This document shows positions 55,027 to 64,000 of a stretch of 64,000 nucleotides of DNA, in pieces; position 1 is the first letter of the stretch, and the number at the start of each line of letters is the position of its first letter. Under the pieces are notes generated by a model, which was given only the letters and a program-made list of their open reading frames with translations, made no database searches and had not been told where the DNA came from. The translations under genes and the position numbers were made by a program. The DNA comes from a virus: the IMG/VR virus record IMGVR_UViG_3300025132_000026, positions 11,116-75,115 of that record, one strand, 5' to 3'.

Positions 55027-55566
55027 CTAAAGTGTATACATGTAATTCATTGAATATGGGTCTCTAATGTAACTTGAGCGCATTGAGCCCTTCTCTGCGG
55101 CTTGTGGAACCTCTCCAAGCTCCGTAGAGTGTTCCTTATCTGGGTGTATCAGAGCATCGTCGTCCATTGCAACTATAGCCTCGACCGCTTCAAAATATGG
55201 TCGTTCTTCATCGATAAAATTTGAAATATTAATAAGAGCTAATTTTGGCGCACTGACGTTTTCATCAGCCGCTGTCTGAAGGGTGCCCTCAAAAGAACCG
55301 TAAAAGGAGCCTGCCTGAATGGATTCAGGTATTAGAAGGCCCTTCTTTTGTAGATGGGTAAACAGTCTGTTTTGCGCCCCATAAACCAAATCATTCATAA
55401 CCTCTTTTGGAAATGCCGTAATTTTATTATTTATAGGAGACAGCACGATGTCTATGTCGCCGTGATCAAAGATCATCAGATCGCCGGCGATACTTTTTCT
55501 GACATCAAGTTCTAAAACTATTTTTGTTTGTTGTGCTCCGGAGCCAACTCTAACCGTTATTGCCAT
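55027..55566 (-). CDS. hypothetical protein
   Basis: 179-aa ORF in the head-assembly operon. Confidence 0.7.
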   Translation of the reverse strand: MAITVRVGSGAQQTKIVLELDVRKSIAGDLMIFDHGDIDIVLSPINNKITAFPKEVMNDLVYGAQNRLFTHLQKKGLLIPESIQAGSFYGSFEGTLQTAADENVSAPKLALINISNFIDEERPYFEAVEAIVAMDDDALIHPDKEHSTELGEVPQAAEKGSMRSSYIRDPYSMNYMYTL

Positions 55567-56383
55567 CTGTGTTGATTTCCTTTACTAGTTTTTGTGTCCT
55601 TAAGATAGTCAAAAGGACGTGTTCGCTGATCTGCTCTCTCGAAAAAGAAGCCAGCCGGGCGATGATTTCTTGCGTTTTGTCTTGCATTTCTTTGTCGTTA
55701 GCAATTTCTTCAGCTGCCAAGGATTTTTTTAATTCTTCTTTTAATCTTAATATTTCCTCATTTAAGAAAATTTTCAACTCTAGAGCATTGTCTGAGAAGG
55801 AAGACACATAGTAGTTTAATAAGTCCTTCTGCTCCTTCAGGAGTTTATCATCATATTTTTGATTGAATTTGTCGATAAATGTCTTATAAACTAGATTATC
55901 AATTTTTTCAGTTTCTACCTTTCTTTCTACATCTTTAGCCATATTTTCAGCTATAAGGTTCTCAAGCATGACTTTTCTTTTCGGAGAAATATTCTTTGAG
56001 AATATTTGCGCGATGGTTGCAAGTGTTTTATAATTTGGAACATAATTTCCAAATACGGAAGGAGAAATATCTTTATTAATATCGTCGATCAATTCAGTCT
56101 GAGCTTTAAATAAGCCGTTAGGGTCAATCAGCCTACTTGCGATTTTGGCCTCTTTGATGATCTTTTCCGAATGGAACCGGCCAATGTTTTGATTCTCATA
56201 CAAAGAACGGTAACACTCTAGATCCTTTTTAAGTACTGAATTTTGACCAAAATGCTTTTTAATTACAGACACAACTTTGTCTTTTCTTTCCTGGTCTCCC
56301 TTAAGAATTGAAACAGTTGCCTCGCGGACTAATGCTTCATATACAAATGCTGTGTTTCGTTTCTTATTATGTTTCACTTTCAA
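55550..56383 (-). CDS. hypothetical helical protein of the head-assembly module
   Basis: 277 aa, KHNKKRNT start; overlaps the portal end. Confidence 0.75.
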   Translation of the reverse strand: MKVKHNKKRNTAFVYEALVREATVSILKGDQERKDKVVSVIKKHFGQNSVLKKDLECYRSLYENQNIGRFHSEKIIKEAKIASRLIDPNGLFKAQTELIDDINKDISPSVFGNYVPNYKTLATIAQIFSKNISPKRKVMLENLIAENMAKDVERKVETEKIDNLVYKTFIDKFNQKYDDKLLKEQKDLLNYYVSSFSDNALELKIFLNEEILRLKEELKKSLAAEEIANDKEMQDKTQEIIARLASFSREQISEHVLLTILRTQKLVKEINTDGNNG

Positions 56384-58349
56384 TTTCTTTCTCCGTTTTA
56401 GTCTCTAAACCGAGAATCAGACTTCTAACTGATTCATTAATAGAGAAAATTTTCTCTTCTTCAGAGCTTTCCTCTAAACTATAAGTAGGTTGTTCTTGTT
56501 CATAAATACCTGCTGACATACCATCTGCACTTGTAAGTGACCGTAAGTCGCCATATCCAGGCATAATATTTCTAATTGTAGCACTGCTTTTTTCTGCTGA
56601 ATGTTTTGAAGCATACGCGCGAGTTCTTGCGCCGGATTGCCTTTTATCAACTTTAACTGGGTGGTATTTCTTACCTTTTGCTCCCGGTGTAAGTCTTGGT
56701 GCATTACGTGAACCTGGAGGTGCTGCGAGTAACGCCGAGTCTTCTCCTCCGGCATCGCCTCCGCCGGCATCTCCAGCTGGCATTTCGGCAGGGCCGCCGA
56801 GATCGTCGCCAAGATCTCCACCAAGATCGCCGCCAAGATCACCGCCTAAGTCTCCCCCTAGGTCACCTCCGAGGGCGCCACCAGTCTCGCCGGCGGCGGC
56901 GGCTTCGGCCACTTGTTGAAGTGACGCGTCATGTTTGCGATCGTAATACATCTCGCGCTGATTACGCATAAACTCTTCGTGAGACATTCCGAACACCTTT
57001 TCCGCAACCCATCTACGAGAAAAATATCCTTCAGTGGCAGACGCTGCGATATCAAATTTTTGCTTCCAGTGTTCAAGCTCTTGAAGCTCTGCAATCTTCG
57101 ATGGATTGTTTAGCGCTAATTCAAACGCCAGCAAATCATCGCCGCGGAAACCGAGAGTATATAAGTGGATAATTCCGACTTTAGTAAGTTCAGAAATAAT
57201 CACTCTCTGCAATCTCTGTATTGTTCTAGCAAAACGAATATCTTTTTGTGCTAGTGTAGTTTTATCTTCTTCGGCTCCCTCTCCCATCGTAAGGTAAGCT
57301 TGGGGAATCTTTAACGCAGAGAATAATTTATCGCGGAGATACTTGATGTCATCAATCGCAGTAATGTTTTGGGCGCCGGCTAGCGACTCAATTGCCGTAG
57401 CAGAACCCTGTCTTACCGGGATGAAATAATCTTCTTCAATCGACATAGGGTTATATCTCAAATCAATTCTTCCACTTTCTGGATCCACAACAGAGTGGCG
57501 CTTAAGTTGAGATACAATCTTTTCCATATATTGTTCAACTTCCTGGGGAGGGATTGCACCTACATCAATCTTGAAAACACGACGCTCAGAAGAACGAATG
57601 ACACGATATGCCATCATCGCATCTTCCATAAGCGTAAGCTGGCGCCAGATACGACGTGCTGGCTCAAGAATAGAAGTGCCGTATGGTGCATACTTATCGT
57701 TTCCAAGAATACGGAAATGTGCAATCTGCCAGTTTTCAAAAGTCATGCCGGCGGAGTTCCACTGATATTGGAGATAATTTGGGTTCGTTGAGTCTTGTCC
57801 TTCCAATCTCTCGATCTCCCCAACTGGAAGGGATATTGCCGACTTGACTCCATATTTTTCGTCGACGTCCAAGTATAGAAAGAAATCTCCATACTTGCAC
57901 ATTGTTCTTGCCCATCCAAATAGATTGTATTGTACGTTTAAGATATTATCATACAAAATAGAAAGAACGGCTTTAATTTCTTCATTGGGGCACTTAATGT
58001 TCAACATTGGCCGCAAATCAGAATATGTGGTCATCTCATCAGCATATATGTCAATCGTAGATGCAATCTCAGGAGTGTACTCCATTTGATCAAAGTCTAC
58101 ATATCGCTCGCCTCTTCTTTGGTTAGCAATTGCATTGGCAGCCAATTTGTCTAATGGATTATAGAGGGTCTTTTTAAACTGCTGACCAGAGGTTGTTCTG
58201 AATCTAGACGCAAATTTATCCAAATGCTGTCTTCTAATTCTGCGGCCAGTCTGTGAACGATAGTTTACAATAGGACCGGAAAAAAGCCTCGTTAGGGCTT
58301 TGAATAGTCTAGATTCTTGATCTGCTGGGTTTCTGTCGTTGCCTGCCAT
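56367..58349 (-). CDS. portal protein (T4 gp20-like)
   Basis: PEIA..DIYADE; LMEDAMMAYR..RSSERRVFKIDVG; EDYFIP; DIKY...KL..ALKIP. Confidence 0.95.
   Translation of the reverse strand: MAGNDRNPADQESRLFKALTRLFSGPIVNYRSQTGRRIRRQHLDKFASRFRTTSGQQFKKTLYNPLDKLAANAIANQRRGERYVDFDQMEYTPEIASTIDIYADEMTTYSDLRPMLNIKCPNEEIKAVLSILYDNILNVQYNLFGWARTMCKYGDFFLYLDVDEKYGVKSAISLPVGEIERLEGQDSTNPNYLQYQWNSAGMTFENWQIAHFRILGNDKYAPYGTSILEPARRIWRQLTLMEDAMMAYRVIRSSERRVFKIDVGAIPPQEVEQYMEKIVSQLKRHSVVDPESGRIDLRYNPMSIEEDYFIPVRQGSATAIESLAGAQNITAIDDIKYLRDKLFSALKIPQAYLTMGEGAEEDKTTLAQKDIRFARTIQRLQRVIISELTKVGIIHLYTLGFRGDDLLAFELALNNPSKIAELQELEHWKQKFDIAASATEGYFSRRWVAEKVFGMSHEEFMRNQREMYYDRKHDASLQQVAEAAAAGETGGALGGDLGGDLGGDLGGDLGGDLGDDLGGPAEMPAGDAGGGDAGGEDSALLAAPPGSRNAPRLTPGAKGKKYHPVKVDKRQSGARTRAYASKHSAEKSSATIRNIMPGYGDLRSLTSADGMSAGIYEQEQPTYSLEESSEEEKIFSINESVRSLILGLETKTEKEIESET
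56800..56882 (-). repeat. (GGDL)n coding repeat in the portal C-terminus
   Basis: GGAL GGDL GGDL GGDL GGDL GGDL GDDL; 12-nt units with synonymous variation. Confidence 0.85.
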
Positions 58350-58357
58350 TTATTTTC

Positions 58358-59941
58358 TCACTTTATAATCCATTTATATTGTTCATACATTTTTTTGGTT
58401 TCTGTCATTTTATCAAATGCGTTATCTTTTTTGTAGCCATGTTGCCCTGAAATTCTAGTGTTAAAGCTTGTTTTTGATGTTTTGATAGCACTTACAAAAG
58501 CTTTTTGATAATTGAGTTCCCTAGCGTTCGCTTGAAGGGCCGTATCTCTAACCCAGCATGCTATAGCGAGTGCCATGATTAAATCATCGTGATAGCCTTT
58601 CATTGCTTGTGGTTTTCCGTTTCTCCAAATAAATGTTTTCAACTCATTAATTGTTCGAGTAGAATATACCTTAATTAGTTTGTTTCTTATAAACTCTTCT
58701 AATTTAGCTACGATGAGTGGGCGTGTCTTCATAGAGGTCGTAAAACCTGGTACCGCACTGTTTCGTACTTCTGCCTGGTGTTGTTCTATGTATTCGTGAG
58801 TCGACTTTATTGAATGATACAAATTCGGGTATCCAAATTCAAGTAACTTATCCAGTACGGAATAACCAACGTTATTGTTTTCTACTACTAGCATACAGCC
58901 ACCAAACTCTCTTCCAACTTGGTTCAACAAGTTTGCAAACATGTCTAGAGTTGGTTTTCCTTGGTATTCACCAACAACCTCTAAGGTCTCTAGTTTTATA
59001 ATATGAAATGTAGAATAGTCTGCGCCATCGCCTCTTGCGACATCGGCTACCATTAAATAATTACAAGTCGGATCAAACTCTTCCCAAATCCAAAAATTGC
59101 GATCGAAGGCCGTTCTGTGTTTTGGTTCGCACACATTGCCCAAAAGCCAATCCATACATTCCGGATCGATTACCGTTTCACCAGAAGTATTGAAATTGCA
59201 CTCAAGCTCTTGTGCAATTTGTCTCTTGGACATATTTCTAGTTTCTTTTTTGTACCATTCTTCCCCTCTATCTGGGTGCACATCCCATGGCAACGTCGTT
59301 AAGTTAAAATTATTAGCAGAAGCGTCTGCGTCCGTACAGGTTTTATGAAACCAGTTGCCTACACCGTTAGGTGTGGAAAGTGCAATACACCGGCCACCAG
59401 TTGATAGAGTAGGATACAGTCCGGTCCACAATTCTTCCAAACCTTCAATGTGTGCGGCCTCATCAAGCACCAGGAGAGACAATGCTTCTGAGCGGCCTGC
59501 ATCTCCAGAGGTCGAGGCCGCTTTAATTGAAGAACCGTTGGAAAGTTCAAATGAAGTGCGGTTATCGACAGTGATCGTTGCAATCTTGAGCCAGTCTGGT
59601 ATGTTGCGCATGATGTTCTTTACTTTCTTTACAAGGTTTCCTGCTGTTGCGAACTTGGTGGCCATAACAAGAATGGCTTTGTCGCGATGAAAAAGCATCA
59701 TCCACACAATGTAACCAGCGGTAATCGTCGAGATTCCAAGTTGGCGTGCTTTTAAAATAACATTAAATCGATAGTCGTTGAAATCTTTCAACAAATCATC
59801 TTGAAAACTATATGTGTCAAAAAGGATTAGCCCGTGCATCGGGTGAGATATACGGGCATAGTTTTTAAGAAAGTACGATGGGTCTTTGCCACATTTTAAT
59901 ATTTCTTGGACCCTCTGCTTTTTGTCTAATTGAAAGCTCAT
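58358..59941 (-). CDS. terminase large subunit (gp17-like)
   Basis: KARQLGIST (Walker A), LLVLDEAA (Walker B), STPNG, ADVARG, HDDLIMA. Confidence 0.96.
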   Translation of the reverse strand: MSFQLDKKQRVQEILKCGKDPSYFLKNYARISHPMHGLILFDTYSFQDDLLKDFNDYRFNVILKARQLGISTITAGYIVWMMLFHRDKAILVMATKFATAGNLVKKVKNIMRNIPDWLKIATITVDNRTSFELSNGSSIKAASTSGDAGRSEALSLLVLDEAAHIEGLEELWTGLYPTLSTGGRCIALSTPNGVGNWFHKTCTDADASANNFNLTTLPWDVHPDRGEEWYKKETRNMSKRQIAQELECNFNTSGETVIDPECMDWLLGNVCEPKHRTAFDRNFWIWEEFDPTCNYLMVADVARGDGADYSTFHIIKLETLEVVGEYQGKPTLDMFANLLNQVGREFGGCMLVVENNNVGYSVLDKLLEFGYPNLYHSIKSTHEYIEQHQAEVRNSAVPGFTTSMKTRPLIVAKLEEFIRNKLIKVYSTRTINELKTFIWRNGKPQAMKGYHDDLIMALAIACWVRDTALQANARELNYQKAFVSAIKTSKTSFNTRISGQHGYKKDNAFDKMTETKKMYEQYKWIIK

Positions 59942-60468
59942 ACATTTTCTGCTAATACTTCCCGAATAAGGTGCACAAGTTCTTCAAGTCTAAATCCAAC
60001 TTGTGGTCGGCCCTCGGCGCCAGGAGAATAAAGTGTTTCCGGCTCTTCTTCTGCGGGGCCCATCTCAACACCGGGGATCTTCTCAAATACTGCCTGAAAT
60101 AAATCGGACACTTCTTCTGGTGGTAAACCTTGAATCAGATCCATAAGCTGATCTTCCAAAGGTGGACCGGCGCGATCTTGGAAACCGCTATACTCACTCT
60201 CTGGTGCGTCATCTGATGGAATATCATCGGCGGGAAATGGCATAGTGTCTGCAGATCTATCTACATTAGAATCTGTAGCAGACTGCATTCCTTTGCCTAA
60301 GCCAGAGGAGCCATAATCATCAGTTGCCCACTCGGGCCTTGGGCCTTCGCCCTTAATCCAAGCTAAAAGCTCAGCTGTCTTTTCTGGACTAAGTGCTTCG
60401 TCGAGGTATGTGTCCTTGACATACTCTTCGACAATAATCCGGTATAAATCAGGACGAGAAATATTCAT
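59938..60468 (-). CDS. putative internal head protein
   Basis: MNISRPDLYRIIVEE start; ends LVHLIREVL. Confidence 0.65.
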   Translation of the reverse strand: MNISRPDLYRIIVEEYVKDTYLDEALSPEKTAELLAWIKGEGPRPEWATDDYGSSGLGKGMQSATDSNVDRSADTMPFPADDIPSDDAPESEYSGFQDRAGPPLEDQLMDLIQGLPPEEVSDLFQAVFEKIPGVEMGPAEEEPETLYSPGAEGRPQVGFRLEELVHLIREVLAENV

Positions 60469-60471
60469 CAA

Positions 60472-61017
60472 TTATTCCCCCGAATTCTTTGGTCTCTTGT
60501 CGTTCTTTGGTCGCTTTCCATCCCAGCCACCTAATTCAAGAAACGACTTCCATCCTTTATCCAAGCGATCTTTAGATTCTTCTTCGATTCGTTGTTCTTT
60601 GTCGATGCCGCCGATCTTATAGTGGCGCTTAGCTATTACCCAAGAACGATGACGAGAAACACTTTCTGCTCGAATGTCAGTCTCTCCTTCTTCGGTAAGT
60701 TGAACTGATTCTTTATTAATTTTCCTATACTCTTTCTTGAGGAAGGATGCAATAGCTCCCAGCTTTTGGTTGATTTCGTTTTCAAAACCTTTAGCGTAAA
60801 CTTCCTTGAGTTGGATTTCAGATTGGTAAGTCAGGCACATCATGTTACCATAAAATTTAACATTGAAGCCATCCATTACTCTCTTATCAAGGATTGGATC
60901 CCCATCCTCGCGTCGTAAGCCTATCTCTACCAATTCGCCATCGGCATTGTGAGCACCATCATATGCGTTAGCCGCGGCTTGCGAGAGTCCTTGAACTATT
61001 TCATATACTGTTGCCAT
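60472..61017 (-). CDS. hypothetical protein
   Basis: 181-aa ORF coupled to its neighbours. Confidence 0.7.
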   Translation of the reverse strand: MATVYEIVQGLSQAAANAYDGAHNADGELVEIGLRREDGDPILDKRVMDGFNVKFYGNMMCLTYQSEIQLKEVYAKGFENEINQKLGAIASFLKKEYRKINKESVQLTEEGETDIRAESVSRHRSWVIAKRHYKIGGIDKEQRIEEESKDRLDKGWKSFLELGGWDGKRPKNDKRPKNSGE

Positions 61018-61331
61018 TATTCTGCTGCTCCTTGTTGAGGTGCCGGTGCTTCCGCACCCGGGGCGCTTCCACCACCCTGACCCTGGAGTTGTCTTAAGAG
61101 CTTTCTTAAGACCATTGTTTTCTGGTTATCTTTGACTTTGACACTCTGCAACATACCTGCAAGGAACCCTTGTAGCTCTTGCCAAGTATTAATTTTTGCA
61201 GCAACCAGCTTAGTGATTCCTCTTGTGTCCATCATCTTTTGAGTGCGTGCAACATCAGGTCTTACATTTTCCTTTACTTTACTAAGTTCTTCTTCGATGA
61301 TTTCTTTAAGTTGTTTTTTACTTATTTTCAT
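61017..61331 (-). CDS. putative internal head protein
   Basis: MKISKKQLKEIIEEEL N-terminal motif. Confidence 0.7.
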   Translation of the reverse strand: MKISKKQLKEIIEEELSKVKENVRPDVARTQKMMDTRGITKLVAAKINTWQELQGFLAGMLQSVKVKDNQKTMVLRKLLRQLQGQGGGSAPGAEAPAPQQGAAE

Positions 61332-61704
61332 TTGGTCTCCATCCTTTTAGCCATCTTTCTTCTCTGCCTTCGACATATTGATAGTAGCATTTACTGCAGC
61401 AATCAAATTTGGCGAGGCAAACATCGTCCATAGATATCTTTGAAAAGGATTCACAGACAGGACAACATCCTAAAGATTCTCTATTAAGTAGTTTTTTTGA
61501 TACCTTTATGCCATTTATATCAACTTTCTTTTGCCACTGTTCATTCTTATCTATTTTTTTATAAAAGTCTTTCATTTGAGAGAGATATTCTTTTTCTTTT
61601 TCCTCATCCCAATTTGCGCGAGGATTGGCAACGGTGTCCTCTCCGTACTTTTCAGATATAGCCTTCTCAACTGCTGCTATTTTATTTATGTCTTTACCTT
61701 TCAT
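61318..61704 (-). CDS. hypothetical Zn-finger protein
   Basis: CPVC...CSKC, ends GWRP. Likely start MKGKD at 61704. Confidence 0.7.
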   Translation of the reverse strand: MKGKDINKIAAVEKAISEKYGEDTVANPRANWDEEKEKEYLSQMKDFYKKIDKNEQWQKKVDINGIKVSKKLLNRESLGCCPVCESFSKISMDDVCLAKFDCCSKCYYQYVEGREERWLKGWRPNENK

Positions 61705-62116
61705 TAAATGCCTTATATGCGCCATATGACGCCGCAGTACCAACTAGGATCCCACCAGCAAAATACAACCACTTGTGACGGGGTGAAGTTTTTTTTAGAG
61801 CGTTGGCCAGTAGGTCAATCTCTTTATCCTTTTGCATTATAAACAAATCGTACTCATCTGTTAAGGCCCTGTGTTCTATTTTCAGGCTTTCAAATTCAAA
61901 CCGATGCTTCTCTTCTAGTTTTTTTAATTCATAATCCATTCTTATTTGACATGCGTATGCTGCAATGTCATAGTCGGACATTATAGTTGCTATCGAAAAC
62001 TCATCAAACAAAACACCCTCGAAGGGCGCTGGCTGTTTGTATTCTAAAAAAGTAAACTTGGCCGGTTCGGTTGCATTTGCCGTCAAAGAAAACATTAATA
62101 AAAATTTAAGGAACAT
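61694..62116 (-). CDS. spanin-like protein (signal peptide, coiled coil, C-terminal TM)
   Basis: MFLKFLLMFSLTANA signal; WLYFAGGILVGTAASYGAY TM; overlaps the i-spanin-like gene. Confidence 0.5.
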   Translation of the reverse strand: MFLKFLLMFSLTANATEPAKFTFLEYKQPAPFEGVLFDEFSIATIMSDYDIAAYACQIRMDYELKKLEEKHRFEFESLKIEHRALTDEYDLFIMQKDKEIDLLANALKKTSPRHKWLYFAGGILVGTAASYGAYKAFNER

Positions 62117-62489
62117 ACTGAATCCCAAAAGTATTCTCTATATCTTTAATTAGTTGTTCTCGATCTTGATTGAATTTGTTTCTATATTTACCTTTTTTAT
62201 CTTCTCTTAATTCCTTTATCATCTGTAAAGCATCTTCGTATTCTTCCTCAATTACAGCCAGAGATTCTAGGTGGCTTTCTGCAAGTAGCTTTTGCTCCTC
62301 TATTTCTCGTTGGTGTATTTCTTTCAGGCCTTCAATTTGTGCTATGTGTGATTCCGCTTGAGTTTCATACGCTTTTTGCATTAAGTTATAGTCGCGGCGG
62401 TTCTTCATTGCTACCACCACAAGAAGCAATATTATTGTTATTGCTTTCCAGTTTTTTAATGCAAATTCTAAAATCTGCTTTTTAATCAT
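62106..62489 (-). CDS. i-spanin-like protein
   Basis: N-terminal TM (ITIILLLVVVAM) followed by a long coiled coil. Likely start MIKKQ at 62489. Confidence 0.6.
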   Translation of the reverse strand: MIKKQILEFALKNWKAITIILLLVVVAMKNRRDYNLMQKAYETQAESHIAQIEGLKEIHQREIEEQKLLAESHLESLAVIEEEYEDALQMIKELREDKKGKYRNKFNQDREQLIKDIENTFGIQYVP

Positions 62490-62682
62490 TATAACCTCGC
62501 AATCTTGCGATACCGTCGATAATGGTTTGACCACCAATATATATAGCAGAAATGATTACCCAATCCTCACTTGTCACATGTCCGGTGAAAGTTAGGCCGG
62601 TTGCTGTAGCCCAAACCATTAGCTTTCTGGACGTTAGTTTCTCCAACCACGTGTCAACAAAAGCTTTTGTTTGTGCCATCAT
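62482..62682 (-). CDS. holin-like protein
   Basis: 66 aa; KLTSRKL followed by two hydrophobic segments; YIGGQ. Confidence 0.6.
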   Translation of the reverse strand: MMAQTKAFVDTWLEKLTSRKLMVWATATGLTFTGHVTSEDWVIISAIYIGGQTIIDGIARLRGYND

Positions 62683-62683
62683 C

Positions 62684-63124
62684 TTATTTCCTGTTTTGTT
62701 TTTTCACGCTCTTAACGCACTTCTCGTACTTCTCTTTGTCTTCGCGGCCGACTGATGCCGTGCAAATTGCCCAAGGATTATCTTCATCATCGCGTTTTCC
62801 TGGCTGGCGCCCAGCGACTGCAGCCAAGCCACCCGTCTTGCCACCAAATCCATATTCATTCTGCATCTCAATACCTTGCATAAGGGGGTCATCTAAACCT
62901 TCAACGTCGCCTTCATCGCCAAGCTGAGAAAGCAATTGCTTTACAGCCAACTGCTTTTGATCCTCTGGCATGTCTTGCAACACCGCCACTATATCGTCTA
63001 ATTCCGGAGCCAACTCACCAAACATACTGGCAAGATCTTCCAAAGTGCCGTCTTCTTCTTCGTCTAGGGCTACAGTAACTTCTTCTTTAATGATCTCTCT
63101 AAGTCTGGCTCTGGAAATTCTCAC
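62684..63124 (-). CDS. putative internal head protein
   Basis: MRISRARLREIIKEEV start; C-terminal NPWAICTASVG...KYEKCV. Confidence 0.65.
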   Translation of the reverse strand: MRISRARLREIIKEEVTVALDEEEDGTLEDLASMFGELAPELDDIVAVLQDMPEDQKQLAVKQLLSQLGDEGDVEGLDDPLMQGIEMQNEYGFGGKTGGLAAVAGRQPGKRDDEDNPWAICTASVGREDKEKYEKCVKSVKKQNRK

Positions 63125-63126
63125 TT

Positions 63127-63507
63127 TTATGCGCCTTTTTGTTGTGGAATCATTCCTAAATCTTGCATAGCATAGATAGAAGAAGTGTTTTTACGATACA
63201 TACATTTTACAAAAGCATCACGGCCGCCCTGAAGGGACTCTTCTGAGCAGGCATTAATTGACTTCTCTACTTTGCGAGCATCATTGCCCTGTTGAATAAG
63301 TTTATCGGCTAGCGCCTGATATGCTTCTGGTACTCTAGCACCTGACGATGTGCTTATCGGCGCATCATCTCTTCCCATTGCTCGGGCAGTGCTGTCGGCG
63401 CCGGAGTAATCTCCTCCGGAGAAGCCTTCTTCAATCTCATCTCTGTGTGTTGTCTCGTTCAAAAAGTAACGAGGATCAATCCTTTTTGTGTTTTTACGTC
63501 TAGCCAT
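63127..63507 (-). CDS. hypothetical protein
   Basis: Likely start MARRKNTKRIDPRYFLNE at 63507 after TAGGAG. Confidence 0.7.
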   Translation of the reverse strand: MARRKNTKRIDPRYFLNETTHRDEIEEGFSGGDYSGADSTARAMGRDDAPISTSSGARVPEAYQALADKLIQQGNDARKVEKSINACSEESLQGGRDAFVKCMYRKNTSSIYAMQDLGMIPQQKGA

Positions 63508-63520
63508 TATAAATCTCCTA

Positions 63521-63863
63521 TTATGTTGATAATCCATTCATACTTAGTATGGTTCGATTGAGACACCTAAATCTTCTACCTTACCAAGTTGCATAGTTTG
63601 CATAAATGCTTGCAGTTCTTGAATAAATCTATTATGATCTTGCTCGCTTCCGCCAGATGGAATTATAATTTCCTCCCATTCCGACTCATCAAGAGCCCAA
63701 TCATCGCCCTGCTCTGTCAAAGCAGCTGCGATGGCTTGTTTGATATCGTAATAATGATCATACGCGTTAGCTTGGCCATCCTGATCTAATCCGTATTCTA
63801 CCAAATGCTTTCGCCAATTTTCAAATAATTGCTTCATGTCGCTAATCCATTCATACTTAGTAT
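63521..63863. repeat. direct repeat (21 bp exact, 30 bp with 3 mismatches) flanking the 63544..63837 gene
   Basis: TAATCCATTCATACTTAGTAT at 63530-63550 and 63843-63863. Confidence 0.9.
63544..63837 (-). CDS. acidic putative internal head protein (inserted cassette)
   Basis: Start MKQLFENWRKHLVE at 63837 overlaps the upstream stop (ATGA). Confidence 0.7.
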   Translation of the reverse strand: MKQLFENWRKHLVEYGLDQDGQANAYDHYYDIKQAIAAALTEQGDDWALDESEWEEIIIPSGGSEQDHNRFIQELQAFMQTMQLGKVEDLGVSIEPY

Positions 63864-64000
63864 CGCAATCAATCCGGGCACATTCTTTCTGACATAAACG
63901 CCAGAGAAAAGTGTCTCGCATCGACCGCCGACATAAGCGATTGCCGACTCAATATTCTTGCTGACTTTTGGATCAGCCACCATCTCTTCTGACACAACCA
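63834..64000 (-). CDS. C-terminus of a probable tubulin/FtsZ-family protein (partial; not in the ORF track)
   Basis: ...VVSEEMVADPKVSKNIESAIAYVGGRCETLFSGVYVRKNVPGLIAILSMNGLAT*; helix-beta-beta-G ending resembles the FtsZ/CetZ C-domain. Confidence 0.45.
   Translation of the reverse strand, partial: VVSEEMVADPKVSKNIESAIAYVGGRCETLFSGVYVRKNVPGLIAILSMNGLAT

Noticed and set aside
235-63789. Numerous plus-strand ORFs in the track (e.g. 44940..45503, 9777..10289, 23142..23519)
   Set aside because: They are antisense to well-supported minus-strand genes, lack recognisable motifs and read as codon shadows.
2348-63921. Longer N-termini in the ORF track (2455, 5350, 23004, 41375, 47414, 61743, 62537, 63537, 63921)
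   Set aside because: Most overlap upstream genes extensively; internal ATGs with an RBS or stop/start coupling are more plausible.
1-64000. Alternative genetic code (stop recoding), tRNA genes, integrase
   Set aside because: Core genes are full length under code 11 and TAA, TAG and TGA all act as stops. No tRNA cloverleaf or integrase was recognised by eye; tRNAscan would confirm.

Overview
A 64-kb segment of a large, probably lytic, T4-superfamily-like myovirus. The host is likely a Gram-negative bacterium from sunlit water (inference from UvsE, class II RNR, lipoproteins and a spanin-like cassette). Essentially every real gene is on the minus strand; the plus-strand ORFs look like antisense shadows. 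In transcription order (right to left) the window holds: the 3' end of a tubulin/FtsZ-like gene, small putative internal head proteins, a holin/spanin-like cassette, terminase, portal, prohead protease, ribosomal protein bS21, paralogous fibre/decoration genes, scaffold, major capsid protein, neck, sheath, tube, tail chaperone (with a likely frameshift), tape measure and baseplate genes. A replication/metabolism region follows: PolA-like, degenerate tubulin-like, SSB, RecA/UvsX, UvsE, 5'-3' exonuclease, helicase, NrdJ, GroES-like, endolysin, DnaE, Cys-less QueF-like, ClpP, J-domain protein, thioredoxin and IMPDH/GMPR. The most notable observations are: (1) three covarying H-type RNA pseudoknots between ssb and recA, each in front of a ribosome-binding site, with an unannotated 36-aa lipoprotein gene between two of them; (2) a PvuII-like nuclease + MORC ATPase + two DNA methyltransferases locus; (3) a tightly coupled oxidoreductase-like / nucleotidyltransferase-like / DnaE / QueF-like run; (4) an ACTAWWTA late-promoter motif distinct from the sigma70 early promoters; (5) a gene inserted with duplication of the upstream gene's 3' end. 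All family calls come from motif recognition by eye; no database searches were run.
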